Notes under the pieces: model-generated | Seen by the model: only the letters and a program-made list of their open reading frames with translations | Told to the model about the DNA's origin: nothing | The model's database searches: none | Shown here: positions 7,997 to 17,588 of the stretch, piece after piece | Numbering within the stretch: the stretch's first letter is position 1 | How the letters are laid out: every line of letters begins with the position of its first letter | Program-made: the position numbers and the translations under genes | NCBI GenBank assembly: GCA_003524435.1 | Contig: DQHP01000176.1 | Span: 1,448-65,447, forward strand | Reading direction: 5' to 3' | DNA length: 64,000 nt | Source of the DNA: Microbacterium sp. | GTDB lineage: Bacteria; Actinomycetota; Actinomycetes; Actinomycetales; Microbacteriaceae

Positions 7997-10972
7997 CTAT
8001 CCGTAAAAGAGTTGCTCAAACACGCGCCGTGCACGTCTCGTCGCTGCGAAATAGTCCTCTTCGACGTCGCTCGCTGAGCGCTCTGGGTAGCCGAGGAGGT
8101 TGCCGATCGCGTCGAGTTCACGGCGATCAAAAGGCAGCACGTCACTGGTCTTTCCTGTGCGCAATGTGATGGCAGAGCGCACCCTGCTCGCAAGGATCCA
8201 CGCATCGCGGAGGAGTTCGGCGTCCTCTGCGCCAACGAGGTCTGCTTCCGTTGCCGCGTCGAGCGCGCCGAGCGTCGACGTTGTACGCAATCCCGGCACC
8301 TCATGTGCATGCTGTAGCTGGATGAGCTGGACGAGCCATTCGACATCGCTGAGTGACCCAGGGCCGAGCTTCAAATGCCGATGCGGATCGGTCCCTTTCG
8401 GAAGCCGCTCACCTTCAACTCGCGCCTTGATCCGTTTGATTTCACGGATGCCGAGCTCATCGACTTCCTGCGGGTAGCGGATGCTGTCCGCCAGAGTGTG
8501 AAACTTCTCAATCAGATTTGCACTGCCGGCGACGCCCCGTGCCCGCAGAAGCGCCTGGGCCTCCCATGAGACGGACCAACGCCGGTAGTACTCGGTGTAC
8601 GCCGCGAGAGAGCGCACCAGCGGCCCCTGGCGCCCCTCTGGCCGCAGCCCGGCATCGAGCTCGAGCGGAACGCGGTGGTCGGTGAGGTGTTCGCGAAGGC
8701 CAGCGACCAGTTGTGCCGACAGCGTCTGCGCTTTTTGCGGATCGATCCCATTCGCGTCATAGACATACAGGATGTCAGCGTCCGAGCCGAACCCAAGCTC
8801 CTGTCCACCGAAGCGTCCCATTCCAATCACAGCAAATTCGAGCGCATCATCTTCGGCAGACACCACATCGCGGCGCACAGCACGTAGCGCAGATTGAATC
8901 GTGGCATCGGTGATCGCCGAAAGGGCCGTGGCGACATCGTCGATCGTCAGCACGTCAAGCACAGCGCCCATCGCCGTACGCAGTAGCTCACGCCGACGAA
9001 GAGCACGCACGGCTTGCAACGCCGTGCCCACCGACGCGTGCCTGGCCTGAATCGCACGTGCCTCTTCAAAGAGCTGTGCCGCGTCACGAGGGCGCAGACG
9101 CTCGCGTTTGTCTAACCACGCGACAGCTTCTGGGATCCACTCCATCAACTCGCCGATATAACGAGAAGAGGACAGAAGCTGTGTGAGATTCTCGGCCGCG
9201 CCGACGGAGTCGCGCAGCATCCGAAGGAACCACGACGTATCTCCGAGTCGCTCGCTGACGCGTCGGAAGGCAAGCAATGCGTAATCTGGGTCGCTGCCGT
9301 CTGCGAACCAGCGCACCATGATCGGCATGAGGTGTCGCTGAATGGTGACTTTGCGGCTGATACCTGTTGTCAGGGCACCGATGTGACGCAGCGCGCCCGC
9401 AGGGTCGCGGAAGCCGATAGCAGCAAGTCGATCATGTGCCTGCTCGGTTGAGAGTGTGCGCTCCTCTTCGGGCAGGGCCGCGACCGCGCTCAACAGCGGT
9501 CGATAGAACAGCCGTGTGTGGATGTCACGCACTTCGCGTCTGACACTCCCCCACAATGCCCAGATCGCATTGCCGTCTTCGGCCAGACCGCTGCCTCTGG
9601 CGAGCACGCGAAGACCATCGGGAGTCTTCGGCATCAGATGCGTACGCGTAAGGTCTCGTAGTTGCAAGCGATGTTCAAAGAGACGAAGGGTGCGGTAGTC
9701 GGCGGCGAAGGTGGCTGCGTCGAGACGCCCAATGTAGCCACCTGCGACGAGAGCATCCAAGCTCTCCAGAGTTCCCCTGGTGCGGATGCTGGAGTCGGTA
9801 AGACCGTGTACCAGCTGGAGCAGCTGCACCGTGAATTCGATATCACGCAGCCCACCGGCGCCGAGTTTCAACTGGTATGGAGCATCCTCAGGATCGATGT
9901 GCTCCGTCACCCGCTCCCGCATGCGCTGCACGCTGTCGACGAAGTCCTCACGGGCGGCACTAGACCAGATCTTCGGTTGGACGGCCTCAATGTACGCATC
10001 GCCAAGTTCTGGATCACCGGCGAGCGGACGTGCTTTGAGCAGAGCTTGAAACTCCCAGCTCTTCGCCCAGCGGTCGTAGTACGCCAGGTGCGAGCCCAGC
10101 GAGCGCACGAGCGCGCCCTGTTTACCTTCGGGGCGGAGGTTCGCATCGACCTCCCACAGCGGCGGCTCAACCTCGATCGCCGACACCCCACGCATCGTCT
10201 CTCGCGCGAGACTGGTAGCGATATCGATCGACCTGCTCTCATCAAGCTGCGCTTCATCTGCCGTGCCACCGACGAAGATCACATCGACGTCACTCACGTA
10301 GTTGAGCTCGCGCGCACCTGCCTTGCCCATGCCAATGATCGCGAGTTGTGTGAGCGCTACTTCCTCGCGCGAGCAGGTCGCGGCCACTCGCACGCGGGCC
10401 ACGGCGAGGGATGCTTCGAGCGCCGCTCCTGCGGCGTCTGCCAGCGCCGCAGATACGGCAGCGATGCGGAGCACCGGCTCAGTTGCGGAGAGGTCTACAG
10501 CGGCGATCTCTGCGATTGCGCGCCGGTAGGCAATACGTAACGCCACCCATGCAGATTCGTCATTGGTTTCGGCGAAGCCGTCAGCCGCACCGACGGCGAC
10601 CAGCATCCGTTCCTGAAGCGCCACCGCATTCGGAACGAGCGGGCCCACCTCAGCGAGCACCGACAGCTCAGACGGATGCCTTAGAAAGAAATCCGCGAGG
10701 CCCGCGGATGCGCCAAACACCCGCCACATCACCGCGCGAGTCTCGTCGTCGCGCAACAGCGGCCGCAACACCGCAGGATCACGCCACGCCACGCGAAGCA
10801 TGCCCTCAGCGGCTTGATCAGGATCGGCTGCCACCGCGCCGTCGAGCAGGACAGCGCGGTCGATTTCTACCAGAGTTGCGAGCTCGTCCAGCGTCGCCGC
10901 AGCTGCGCTAAGCCCGGTAAAACCGAGCCGCGCAAGCGACGACAGTGAAAAAGTGGAATCAGAGCGAGCCAT
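7997..10972 (-). CDS. glnE: Glutamine synthetase adenylyltransferase/deadenylase
   Basis: Two NT domains (MGKAGARELNYVSDVD; MGRFGGQELGFGSDAD), LRPEG motifs; 991 aa. Confidence 0.97.
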   Translation of the reverse strand: MARSDSTFSLSSLARLGFTGLSAAAATLDELATLVEIDRAVLLDGAVAADPDQAAEGMLRVAWRDPAVLRPLLRDDETRAVMWRVFGASAGLADFFLRHPSELSVLAEVGPLVPNAVALQERMLVAVGAADGFAETNDESAWVALRIAYRRAIAEIAAVDLSATEPVLRIAAVSAALADAAGAALEASLAVARVRVAATCSREEVALTQLAIIGMGKAGARELNYVSDVDVIFVGGTADEAQLDESRSIDIATSLARETMRGVSAIEVEPPLWEVDANLRPEGKQGALVRSLGSHLAYYDRWAKSWEFQALLKARPLAGDPELGDAYIEAVQPKIWSSAAREDFVDSVQRMRERVTEHIDPEDAPYQLKLGAGGLRDIEFTVQLLQLVHGLTDSSIRTRGTLESLDALVAGGYIGRLDAATFAADYRTLRLFEHRLQLRDLTRTHLMPKTPDGLRVLARGSGLAEDGNAIWALWGSVRREVRDIHTRLFYRPLLSAVAALPEEERTLSTEQAHDRLAAIGFRDPAGALRHIGALTTGISRKVTIQRHLMPIMVRWFADGSDPDYALLAFRRVSERLGDTSWFLRMLRDSVGAAENLTQLLSSSRYIGELMEWIPEAVAWLDKRERLRPRDAAQLFEEARAIQARHASVGTALQAVRALRRRELLRTAMGAVLDVLTIDDVATALSAITDATIQSALRAVRRDVVSAEDDALEFAVIGMGRFGGQELGFGSDADILYVYDANGIDPQKAQTLSAQLVAGLREHLTDHRVPLELDAGLRPEGRQGPLVRSLAAYTEYYRRWSVSWEAQALLRARGVAGSANLIEKFHTLADSIRYPQEVDELGIREIKRIKARVEGERLPKGTDPHRHLKLGPGSLSDVEWLVQLIQLQHAHEVPGLRTTSTLGALDAATEADLVGAEDAELLRDAWILASRVRSAITLRTGKTSDVLPFDRRELDAIGNLLGYPERSASDVEEDYFAATRRARRVFEQLFYG

Positions 10973-10978
10973 ATGCGC

Positions 10979-12316
10979 TCAAAGCAGCTCGAGGTTGCTC
11001 TTCAGCTCGAACGGCGTGACCTGGCCACGGTAGGCTTCCCACTCTTTGCGCTTGTTCAGCAGCACGTAATTAAACACCTGCTCGCCGAGCGTCTCCGCGA
11101 CCAACTCTGAGTCCTCCATGTACTCGAGTGCCTGATCGAGGCTGGCTGGCAATGAGGCGTACCCCAGAGCACGGCGCTCGGCAACGCTGAGGGCCCAGAC
11201 GTTGTTTTCGGCCTCCGGAGGGAGTTCGTATTCGTTCTCGATCCCCTTCAATCCAGCTGCCAACAAAAGTGAGTACGCGAGATAAGGGTTCGCAGCTGAA
11301 TCAAGGCCGCGGTACTCCACACGCGAGGACTGGCTCTTGTGCGGCTTGTACATCGGCACGCGCACCAGGGCTGACCGGTTAGTGTGACCCCAGGTGACGA
11401 AACTTGGTGCCTCGTCACCGCCCCAGAGTCGCTTATACGAGTTCACGAACTGGTTCGTGACCGCAGCAATCTCATTTGCGTGCTTGAGTAAGCCCGCGAT
11501 GAAATGACGGCCGGTCTTGGAGAGTTGGTACTTCGCGCCCTCTTCCCAGAAAGCGTTCTGATCGCCTTCGAAGAGTGACATATGAGTGTGCATGCCGCTT
11601 CCGGGCTGGTCACTCATCGGCTTCGGCATGAACGTGGCGTACACGCCCTGCTCGATTGCGACCTCTTTGATCACAGTGCGGAAAGTCATCACGTTGTCCG
11701 CCGTTGCGAGAGCATCCGCGTACCGCAGATCGATTTCGTTCTGGCCAGGCCCGCCTTCGTGGTGGCTGTACTCGACGGAGATCCCGAGGTCTTCCAGCAT
11801 CCGTACCGATCGGCGTCGGAAGTCGTGCGCCGTTCCCCCGGGCACGTTGTCAAAGTATCCGGCGGAATCCACCGGAACCGGACCTTCCGGGCCGATCACC
11901 GAGGACTTCAGCAGATAGAACTCGATCTCGGGGTGGGTATAGAACGTGAACCCCGCATCGCCGGCCTTAGCAAGAGTTCGCTTCAGCACCTGTCGCGGGT
12001 CTGCGATCGCAGGCTCACCATCCGGGGTGGTCAAGTCGCAAAACATGCGTGCGGTCGGGTCGACTTCTCCGCGCCAGGGCAACGTCTGAAACGTGGTGGG
12101 ATCGGGTTGCGCGAGCAGGTCAGACTCGTAGGTTCTCGTGAGTCCTTCAATGGCTGACCCATCGAAACCGATGCCTTCGGCGAAAGCACCCTCGACCTCA
12201 GCCGGCGCAATCGCGACCGATTTCAGTGTGCCAATCACGTCGGTAAACCAAAGGCGTACGAATTTGACGCCGCGCTCTTCGATCGTGCGCAGGACGAAGT
12301 CCCGCTGCTTGTCCAT
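10979..12316 (-). CDS. glnA2: Glutamine synthetase family protein GlnA2
   Basis: MDKQRDFVLRTIEERGVKFVRLWFTD, FDGSAIEG, HHEGGPGQNEI; directly upstream of glnE. Confidence 0.95.
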   Translation of the reverse strand: MDKQRDFVLRTIEERGVKFVRLWFTDVIGTLKSVAIAPAEVEGAFAEGIGFDGSAIEGLTRTYESDLLAQPDPTTFQTLPWRGEVDPTARMFCDLTTPDGEPAIADPRQVLKRTLAKAGDAGFTFYTHPEIEFYLLKSSVIGPEGPVPVDSAGYFDNVPGGTAHDFRRRSVRMLEDLGISVEYSHHEGGPGQNEIDLRYADALATADNVMTFRTVIKEVAIEQGVYATFMPKPMSDQPGSGMHTHMSLFEGDQNAFWEEGAKYQLSKTGRHFIAGLLKHANEIAAVTNQFVNSYKRLWGGDEAPSFVTWGHTNRSALVRVPMYKPHKSQSSRVEYRGLDSAANPYLAYSLLLAAGLKGIENEYELPPEAENNVWALSVAERRALGYASLPASLDQALEYMEDSELVAETLGEQVFNYVLLNKRKEWEAYRGQVTPFELKSNLELL

Positions 12317-12327
12317 TCCCATATGCG

Positions 12328-12546
12328 CTACGACTTCCCGTCGGAATCGGTTTCTGCAGACCAGTTGTCTTCCCGAGCATCCTCGGCAGCCCATGCGTCT
12401 GAGCGGGCACGAAGCGTTGCCGGCGCGTTCGCCGCTTCTGCTTCCGTATCAAAGGGCCCGACCCGATCAGCCGAGGGCGAGAGGAAACCGAACTCTACCT
12501 GGCTCGTATTCGAGTTGTACCAGTACTTCTTTTCGCCGTCAGACAT
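12328..12546 (-). CDS. Small conserved actinobacterial protein (YWYN...GPF motif, often annotated SPOR-like)
   Basis: KYWYN..T.QVE.G..SP..DRVGPFDT.AEA..A; RBS present. Confidence 0.8.
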   Translation of the reverse strand: MSDGEKKYWYNSNTSQVEFGFLSPSADRVGPFDTEAEAANAPATLRARSDAWAAEDAREDNWSAETDSDGKS

Positions 12547-12614
12547 GGCCCATCCCTTCGTAAGCTTCTGTCACGATCCTACTGTCGTGGCGCCGTGTCG
12601 CTAGGCTATTGCGC

Positions 12615-13358
12615 ATGGCAAAAGCGATCGGCGTCGACATCGGCGGCACGGGAATCAAAGCAGGCATCGTAAACCTTGCTCACGGGAAGCTCGAATCGGA
12701 TCGGATCCGCGTCAACACTCCGAAAGGTGCGACTCCGAAAGATGTGTTGAAGGCCGTTGTGGAGGTCTTGGACACGCTGGGCGTCAGTGAGTCGAATCTG
12801 CCGCTGGGCGTCGCGTTCCCCGCGATCGTGAAGAACGGCAAGACGCTGTCCGCGGCAAATGTCGGGGACGAGTGGGTCGGGTTCGAGGCAGAGAAGTTCT
12901 TTGAAGACGGTTTGGGCCGCGACATCACTTTCGTGAATGACGCAGATGCTGCCGGCGTCGCAGAGGTGCGGCACGGTGCTGCTCGCGACGTCGACGGGCT
13001 CACGATCCTCACTACCCTCGGCACTGGCATCGGCTCGGCGTTCCTCTACGACGGAGTGCTACTGCCCAACACCGAGCTTGGTCACCTGGATTACAAGGGC
13101 GACTCGATCGAGCGCTGGACCGCGTATTCAGCGATGGAGCGCGACAAGCTCAACTGGGAAGAGTGGGCCGCACGCCTGCAGGTGTTCTACAGCCATGTGG
13201 AGTTCCTCTTCAGCCCCGACCTGTTCGTAGTCGGCGGCGGAGTCTCGAAGCACCCAGAAAGCTTCCTGCCCTTGCTTGAGCTGAACACGCCGATCATCCC
13301 GGCGATTCACCGCAATTCTTCCGGCATCATCGGCGCAGCGTCACTCGCCGCTGACTAG
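12615..13358 (+). CDS. ppgK: Polyphosphate glucokinase (ROK family)
   Basis: GVDIGGTGIK, NDADAAG.AE, TLGTGIGSA, PNTELGH. Confidence 0.95.
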   Translation: MAKAIGVDIGGTGIKAGIVNLAHGKLESDRIRVNTPKGATPKDVLKAVVEVLDTLGVSESNLPLGVAFPAIVKNGKTLSAANVGDEWVGFEAEKFFEDGLGRDITFVNDADAAGVAEVRHGAARDVDGLTILTTLGTGIGSAFLYDGVLLPNTELGHLDYKGDSIERWTAYSAMERDKLNWEEWAARLQVFYSHVEFLFSPDLFVVGGGVSKHPESFLPLLELNTPIIPAIHRNSSGIIGAASLAAD

Positions 13359-13430
13359 CCGCGAATCACTAAGGCCGCGCCGGGACTGCGTCGAAATGAC
13401 GCTATCTCGGCGCGGCCTTTCAGCGTGGTG

Positions 13431-13821
13431 GGGCGAATGGGCCGGCCTGTACGCCGGGTTCTGTTCCGGGGCCTCTCTCAAGGGATCCCTTCGACGGCCA
13501 TCTTTCTCGGCGACACGTTGCCGTGTCACTCCAGCGGTCTACCCGAGGACTCAGCGAGCCGCGTCAACATCCTCTGTCTGACCTTGCTCCGGACGAGGTT
13601 TACCTGGCAGATCATGTCACCATGACCCCCGGTGGTCTCTTACACCACCCTTTCACCCTTACCCCGTTCCCCGACAAGCGAGGGACGCGGCGGTCTTCTC
13701 TCTGTGGCACTATCTCGCGGATTACTCCGGGTGGGTGTTACCCACCATCCTGCCCTGTGGAGCCCGGACGTTCCTCGGTGCGGTTACCCGCCACGCGACC
13801 GTCCAGCCGACCCATTCGCCC
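13431..13821 (-). ncRNA. rnpB: RNase P RNA, type A
   Basis: Minus strand has GAGGAACGTCCGGGCTCC, AGTGCCACAGA and ACAGAACCCGGCGTAC; terminal P1 GGGCGAATGGG...CCCATTCGCCC. Confidence 0.96.
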
Positions 13822-13828
13822 GCCCAGT

Positions 13829-15514
13829 CTACTTCTCTGCGGTGGGGGTAATTTTCAAGTCGAGCGGCACATCGATGCCGAACGAACCGAAGAGGCGTCG
13901 CGTGGCAACCGCAGCGGCCTCGCGGACGGCAACTGCCGCAGCATCCGCCTGTTCTGCAGGAACGTGCAAAATCACCTCGTCATGAAGAAAGAAAGCGAGA
14001 TGCGCGTTGCGCGCGAACGGTCCAGATGCCGTGGCTACTGTCACGGCGTCCGGAAGCTGCGCAAGCCGATAGCGAATCTCCGCGAGCCAGACAAGAGACC
14101 ATTCTGCGGCAGTGCCCTGCACAACAAAGTTACGCGTGAACCGACCCCTCTCACGCGCACGCTGACGTGCCCGCTTCACATCAGCCTGCGACGCGTCAGA
14201 GCCCGCCGCGTCGACCTGCTCTGCTTCCCACTCGCTACCCGGACGCGGTGACGAGCGACCCAGACGCGTCGAGACGACGCCACCGTTCTCCCCAGTACGT
14301 GCAGCGACATCGACGAGACGCATAGCGCGTGGATAGACCTTTCGAAGCCGGGGCACAAGGCGTCCGCTATCCCCTGTCGTAGCGCCATACATCGCACCGA
14401 GAACCGCATATTTGGCTTCTTCGCGGGTCGCTACTGCACCCGAGGCCACGACGCCTGCGTAAAGATCCTGGCCGCGCGCAGCTTCCGCCATCGCGGTATC
14501 GCCGGCCATCGCCGCGAGCATGCGGGGCTCAAGCTGCGCGACATCAGCAACAATAAGCGTCCACCCTGGGTCGGCACGCACTGCCGGTCGAAGAATGCGC
14601 GGCAACTGCAACGCTCCCCCGCCGGCTGATGCCCAGCGCCCGGTGACGACGCCGCCGGGGATATAGATCGGTCGGAATCGGCCATCGTGCACCCACTCTG
14701 TCAACCACGCCCAACCGTTTGCGCTCAGCAGGCGCGAGAGCTTCTTATAACCCAGCAACGGCGCGATGACAGGGTGCGAGATTTCGCTGAGTTCCCACTG
14801 GCTGGTCGACTCGACGTTCACCCCAACACGGTGAAGCGCCCTCAAGAGCTTCGTGTGACTTTCCAGATGCAATTGCGGGTCTCCGAGATGAAACCGCACC
14901 GCCTCGGCGAACTCTGCCATCCGCGCGGGCATGCCACCGCCTGCAGGCCGCGCGCCCAACACATCAGTAAGGATGCCGTCGTGCGCCTCCGCGCCCCACG
15001 GGAGCCCGGCTGCGCGCATTTCTTCAGCAATAAGGCCTCCTGCTGACTCTGCCGCGCACAGGAGCGCAAGGCATCCGCTGGCATCTGAGGCGATGACCCG
15101 GCGCTGCTCACGGTACTGCGCCCAGAGCACTGTCACGGGATCCGCGGATGCGTGATCGATCACGTCGAACAGCGCAGGCGGTGCTTCATCGGGAGCCCGC
15201 GGCACCCACTCCGGAGAAGGCGCAAGCGGTCGCGCAACAGCGTCGGTATCCCGAAGGATCGCGTGGCACAACAGCAGGTCGTGCGTGCGCACCAGCGTGA
15301 CGCCCGCAACGAGCAGTCGAGGATAAAGCTCTCTCGCACTGCGAATAACCCAGCGCGGCGACCTCTCGGCCTCTACACTGCGTATCCAATCCACGAACTC
15401 GGCACCGACGAGGGCGATCCGCGAAACTTCTGAGTCATCGGCAGCGAGTTCGATGGCAACGAAATCACCTGTTCCGATTGCCGTCAGCAGAACTCTGGAA
15501 TCCGGTGCGGGCAC
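13829..15514 (-). CDS. Stand-alone family A DNA polymerase-like protein (no 5'-3' exonuclease; N-terminal exonuclease-like region looks degenerate)
   Basis: VVTGRWAS, motif A ADVAQLEPR, motif B REEAKYAVLGAMYG, RNFVVQGTAAE, motif C FLHDEV. Start set at GTG 15514. Confidence 0.9.
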   Translation of the reverse strand: MPAPDSRVLLTAIGTGDFVAIELAADDSEVSRIALVGAEFVDWIRSVEAERSPRWVIRSARELYPRLLVAGVTLVRTHDLLLCHAILRDTDAVARPLAPSPEWVPRAPDEAPPALFDVIDHASADPVTVLWAQYREQRRVIASDASGCLALLCAAESAGGLIAEEMRAAGLPWGAEAHDGILTDVLGARPAGGGMPARMAEFAEAVRFHLGDPQLHLESHTKLLRALHRVGVNVESTSQWELSEISHPVIAPLLGYKKLSRLLSANGWAWLTEWVHDGRFRPIYIPGGVVTGRWASAGGGALQLPRILRPAVRADPGWTLIVADVAQLEPRMLAAMAGDTAMAEAARGQDLYAGVVASGAVATREEAKYAVLGAMYGATTGDSGRLVPRLRKVYPRAMRLVDVAARTGENGGVVSTRLGRSSPRPGSEWEAEQVDAAGSDASQADVKRARQRARERGRFTRNFVVQGTAAEWSLVWLAEIRYRLAQLPDAVTVATASGPFARNAHLAFFLHDEVILHVPAEQADAAAVAVREAAAVATRRLFGSFGIDVPLDLKITPTAEK

Positions 15515-15524
15515 CGTCAGCCGT

Positions 15525-16256
15525 TCACAGCCCTGATTCGTCGGTGCGAACGAGGATGGCACCGCATTCTGGGCAAGAGAGCACGGCGTCGGGTGCGGCC
15601 TGGCGAATCTGGTTCAGGTCAGTGCCGGAGAGCATCATCCGACATCCTTCGCAGGTCCCGCGACGTAGCAGCCCGACACCGATCCCCCGCGAAGCGCGAC
15701 GGTTGTAGTCGGCGAGCAGTTCAGCGGGAACATCTGCAGTGATCGCCGCACGGTCACGGCTCAGTTCATCGTGTTCTTTCGTCGCCGCGGCCACTGCGGC
15801 TTTTGCCTGCGCCGTGAGCTCAGTACCCTCGGCCGTTGTCACGTCAATGAGGGCTTGCTGAGTGGCGACTGCGGCGTCGGCTTCTTCTACGCGCGCCATC
15901 ACCTCAAGTTCCATGTCTTCGAGGTCACTGACACGCTTCGCAAGGCTGGCGAGTTCACGTTCGAATGCCTGCGCGTCTTTCGAGTTCGTAGATGTTGCCA
16001 ACCGTTCGGTGTCGCGTGTCCGGCGCTGCTCCACGATCTTCACGTCTGATTCCAGCCTGCTGAGTTCTGTGCGCGCATCATCACGCACTCCCGTCAGCGC
16101 GGTGAGCTCTTGCAGTTGCGTTTGCCGCTCTTTCACCAACTCGTTGATGCGTGGGCCTTGAGCAGGCGTGGTGCGCGCGCTTTCGGCTTGCTGGATACGG
16201 CGATCCAACTCGGCAACGTCAAGAAGGATTCGTTGGTGCTCTGGGCTGGCGTTCAC
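15525..16256 (-). CDS. Coiled-coil protein with C-terminal C4 zinc ribbon (Rv2229c/DUF164-like)
   Basis: Long helical heptad region followed by CEGC...CPECGAILVR. Confidence 0.9.
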   Translation of the reverse strand: MNASPEHQRILLDVAELDRRIQQAESARTTPAQGPRINELVKERQTQLQELTALTGVRDDARTELSRLESDVKIVEQRRTRDTERLATSTNSKDAQAFERELASLAKRVSDLEDMELEVMARVEEADAAVATQQALIDVTTAEGTELTAQAKAAVAAATKEHDELSRDRAAITADVPAELLADYNRRASRGIGVGLLRRGTCEGCRMMLSGTDLNQIRQAAPDAVLSCPECGAILVRTDESGL

Positions 16257-16262
16257 TCTTCT

Positions 16263-16284
16263 AATCTAGTCGCGAGCGCTGACA
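16263..16284 (-). promoter_or_regulatory. PafBC/RecA-NDp-type promoter, leaderless
   Basis: Minus strand TGTCAG-N10-TAGATT, 6 nt before the GTG start. Confidence 0.65.
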
Positions 16285-16292
16285 TTCGCCGG

Positions 16293-16676
16293 TCAGATTG
16301 GCTGACCGGGCGTGCCGTCGACATATGACCAGATGCGATCTTCGCGGATGAAGCTGCTGCGCTCCCGCATTGAGGTGCGTAATGTGCCCTCTCGATAGAA
16401 CGCTTCGAACTCGACGATGCCGGTGCCATCGAACGGACCGCCCGCGACTGTGTCGAGGATGTCCAGACGCGTCCAGCGCGTCTCCGGGTCAAGTGTGAGC
16501 TCGTCCGGCCTGGTCGAGGGATGCCACGACCGCAACAGATACGCAGCATCTCCGGTAGCAAACGCGGTGAAACGAGAGCGCATCAGCCGCACCGCCGTGG
16601 GAGCGACGCCCTCGCCCATCAGCAGCGGGTGGCAGCAAGCGTCATAAACATCACCGGAGTTACAGGGACAGCGCAT
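16293..16676 (-). CDS. YchJ family protein (SEC-C + NTF2-like)
   Basis: CPCNSG..YDACC, LMRSRFTAF, YLLRSWHPSTRP, ERSSF...W.YVDG. Confidence 0.92.
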   Translation of the reverse strand: MRCPCNSGDVYDACCHPLLMGEGVAPTAVRLMRSRFTAFATGDAAYLLRSWHPSTRPDELTLDPETRWTRLDILDTVAGGPFDGTGIVEFEAFYREGTLRTSMRERSSFIREDRIWSYVDGTPGQPI

Positions 16677-16724
16677 AGAACCATTGTGCCGCGTACTCTG
16701 ATCTCAGAACCGAAGGAGATCACC

Positions 16725-17564
16725 ATGACGGCACTACCCACTCGTACCGCTCACAACGGCTTTACTCTTCCCGCCATTGGGTTGGGAACCTATCGTTTGA
16801 ACGGCGAGGAGGGTGCGGCCGCCATTGCCACCGCCATCGACGCCGGGTACCGTCTAGTCGATTCCGCGTTCAACTATGAGAACGAAGGCACCGTCGGACG
16901 CGGCGTCGCGGATGCAGCGACCGACCGCAGTGAGGTCATCGTCACAACCAAACTTCCCGGTCGTCATCACGCATCGCCGAATGCGCGCACCAGCATCGAA
17001 GAAAGCCGCTTCCGCCTCGGAGTGGAAATCACGGATCTCCATTTGATCCACTGGCCGAACCCAAGTCAGGACGAGTACGTCCAGGCGTGGGCGGCGTTGG
17101 TTGATGCGCGCGAGCGCGGGATCGTGCGCCAGATCGGCGTGTCGAATTTCCTCCCCGAGCATCTAGAACGCCTCAAGCGAGAAACCGGAGAGCTCCCGGT
17201 CGTGAACCAGATCGAAGTGCACCCCTATTTCCCGCAGAGTGAGCAGCTTGCGTATCACCGAGAGCACGGCATCATCACCGAGGCCTGGAGCCCAATCGGT
17301 CGCGCGAGAGCTCTGCTCGATGAGCCGGTGATCAACGAGGTTGCCGCAGCCCACGACATCTCGCCCGCGCAGACAGTGCTCGCATGGCATGTTGCGCGTG
17401 AAAGTGTGGCGATTCCGAAGGCCTCGTCACTGGAGCATCAACAGGCCAACCTTGCGGCTGCCGCCGTCGTGCTCGATGCGGCCGAAGTCGAAGCGATCAC
17501 CGCGCTCGGCCGCGCCGACGGACGCCTGTTCGACGCTGATCCGCGCACGCACGAAGAATCCTGA
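16725..17564 (+). CDS. Aldo/keto reductase
   Basis: GLGTY, GYRLVDSAFNYENE, LIHWP, GVSNF, NQIEVHP, IPKAS; AAGGAG RBS. Confidence 0.93.
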   Translation: MTALPTRTAHNGFTLPAIGLGTYRLNGEEGAAAIATAIDAGYRLVDSAFNYENEGTVGRGVADAATDRSEVIVTTKLPGRHHASPNARTSIEESRFRLGVEITDLHLIHWPNPSQDEYVQAWAALVDARERGIVRQIGVSNFLPEHLERLKRETGELPVVNQIEVHPYFPQSEQLAYHREHGIITEAWSPIGRARALLDEPVINEVAAAHDISPAQTVLAWHVARESVAIPKASSLEHQQANLAAAAVVLDAAEVEAITALGRADGRLFDADPRTHEES

Positions 17565-17588
17565 CCGGTCGACTTATATACTCGCGGG

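Noticed and set aside
13523..14251. 242-aa plus-strand ORF
   Set aside because: Lies antisense to rnpB and the polymerase 3' end; not protein-like.
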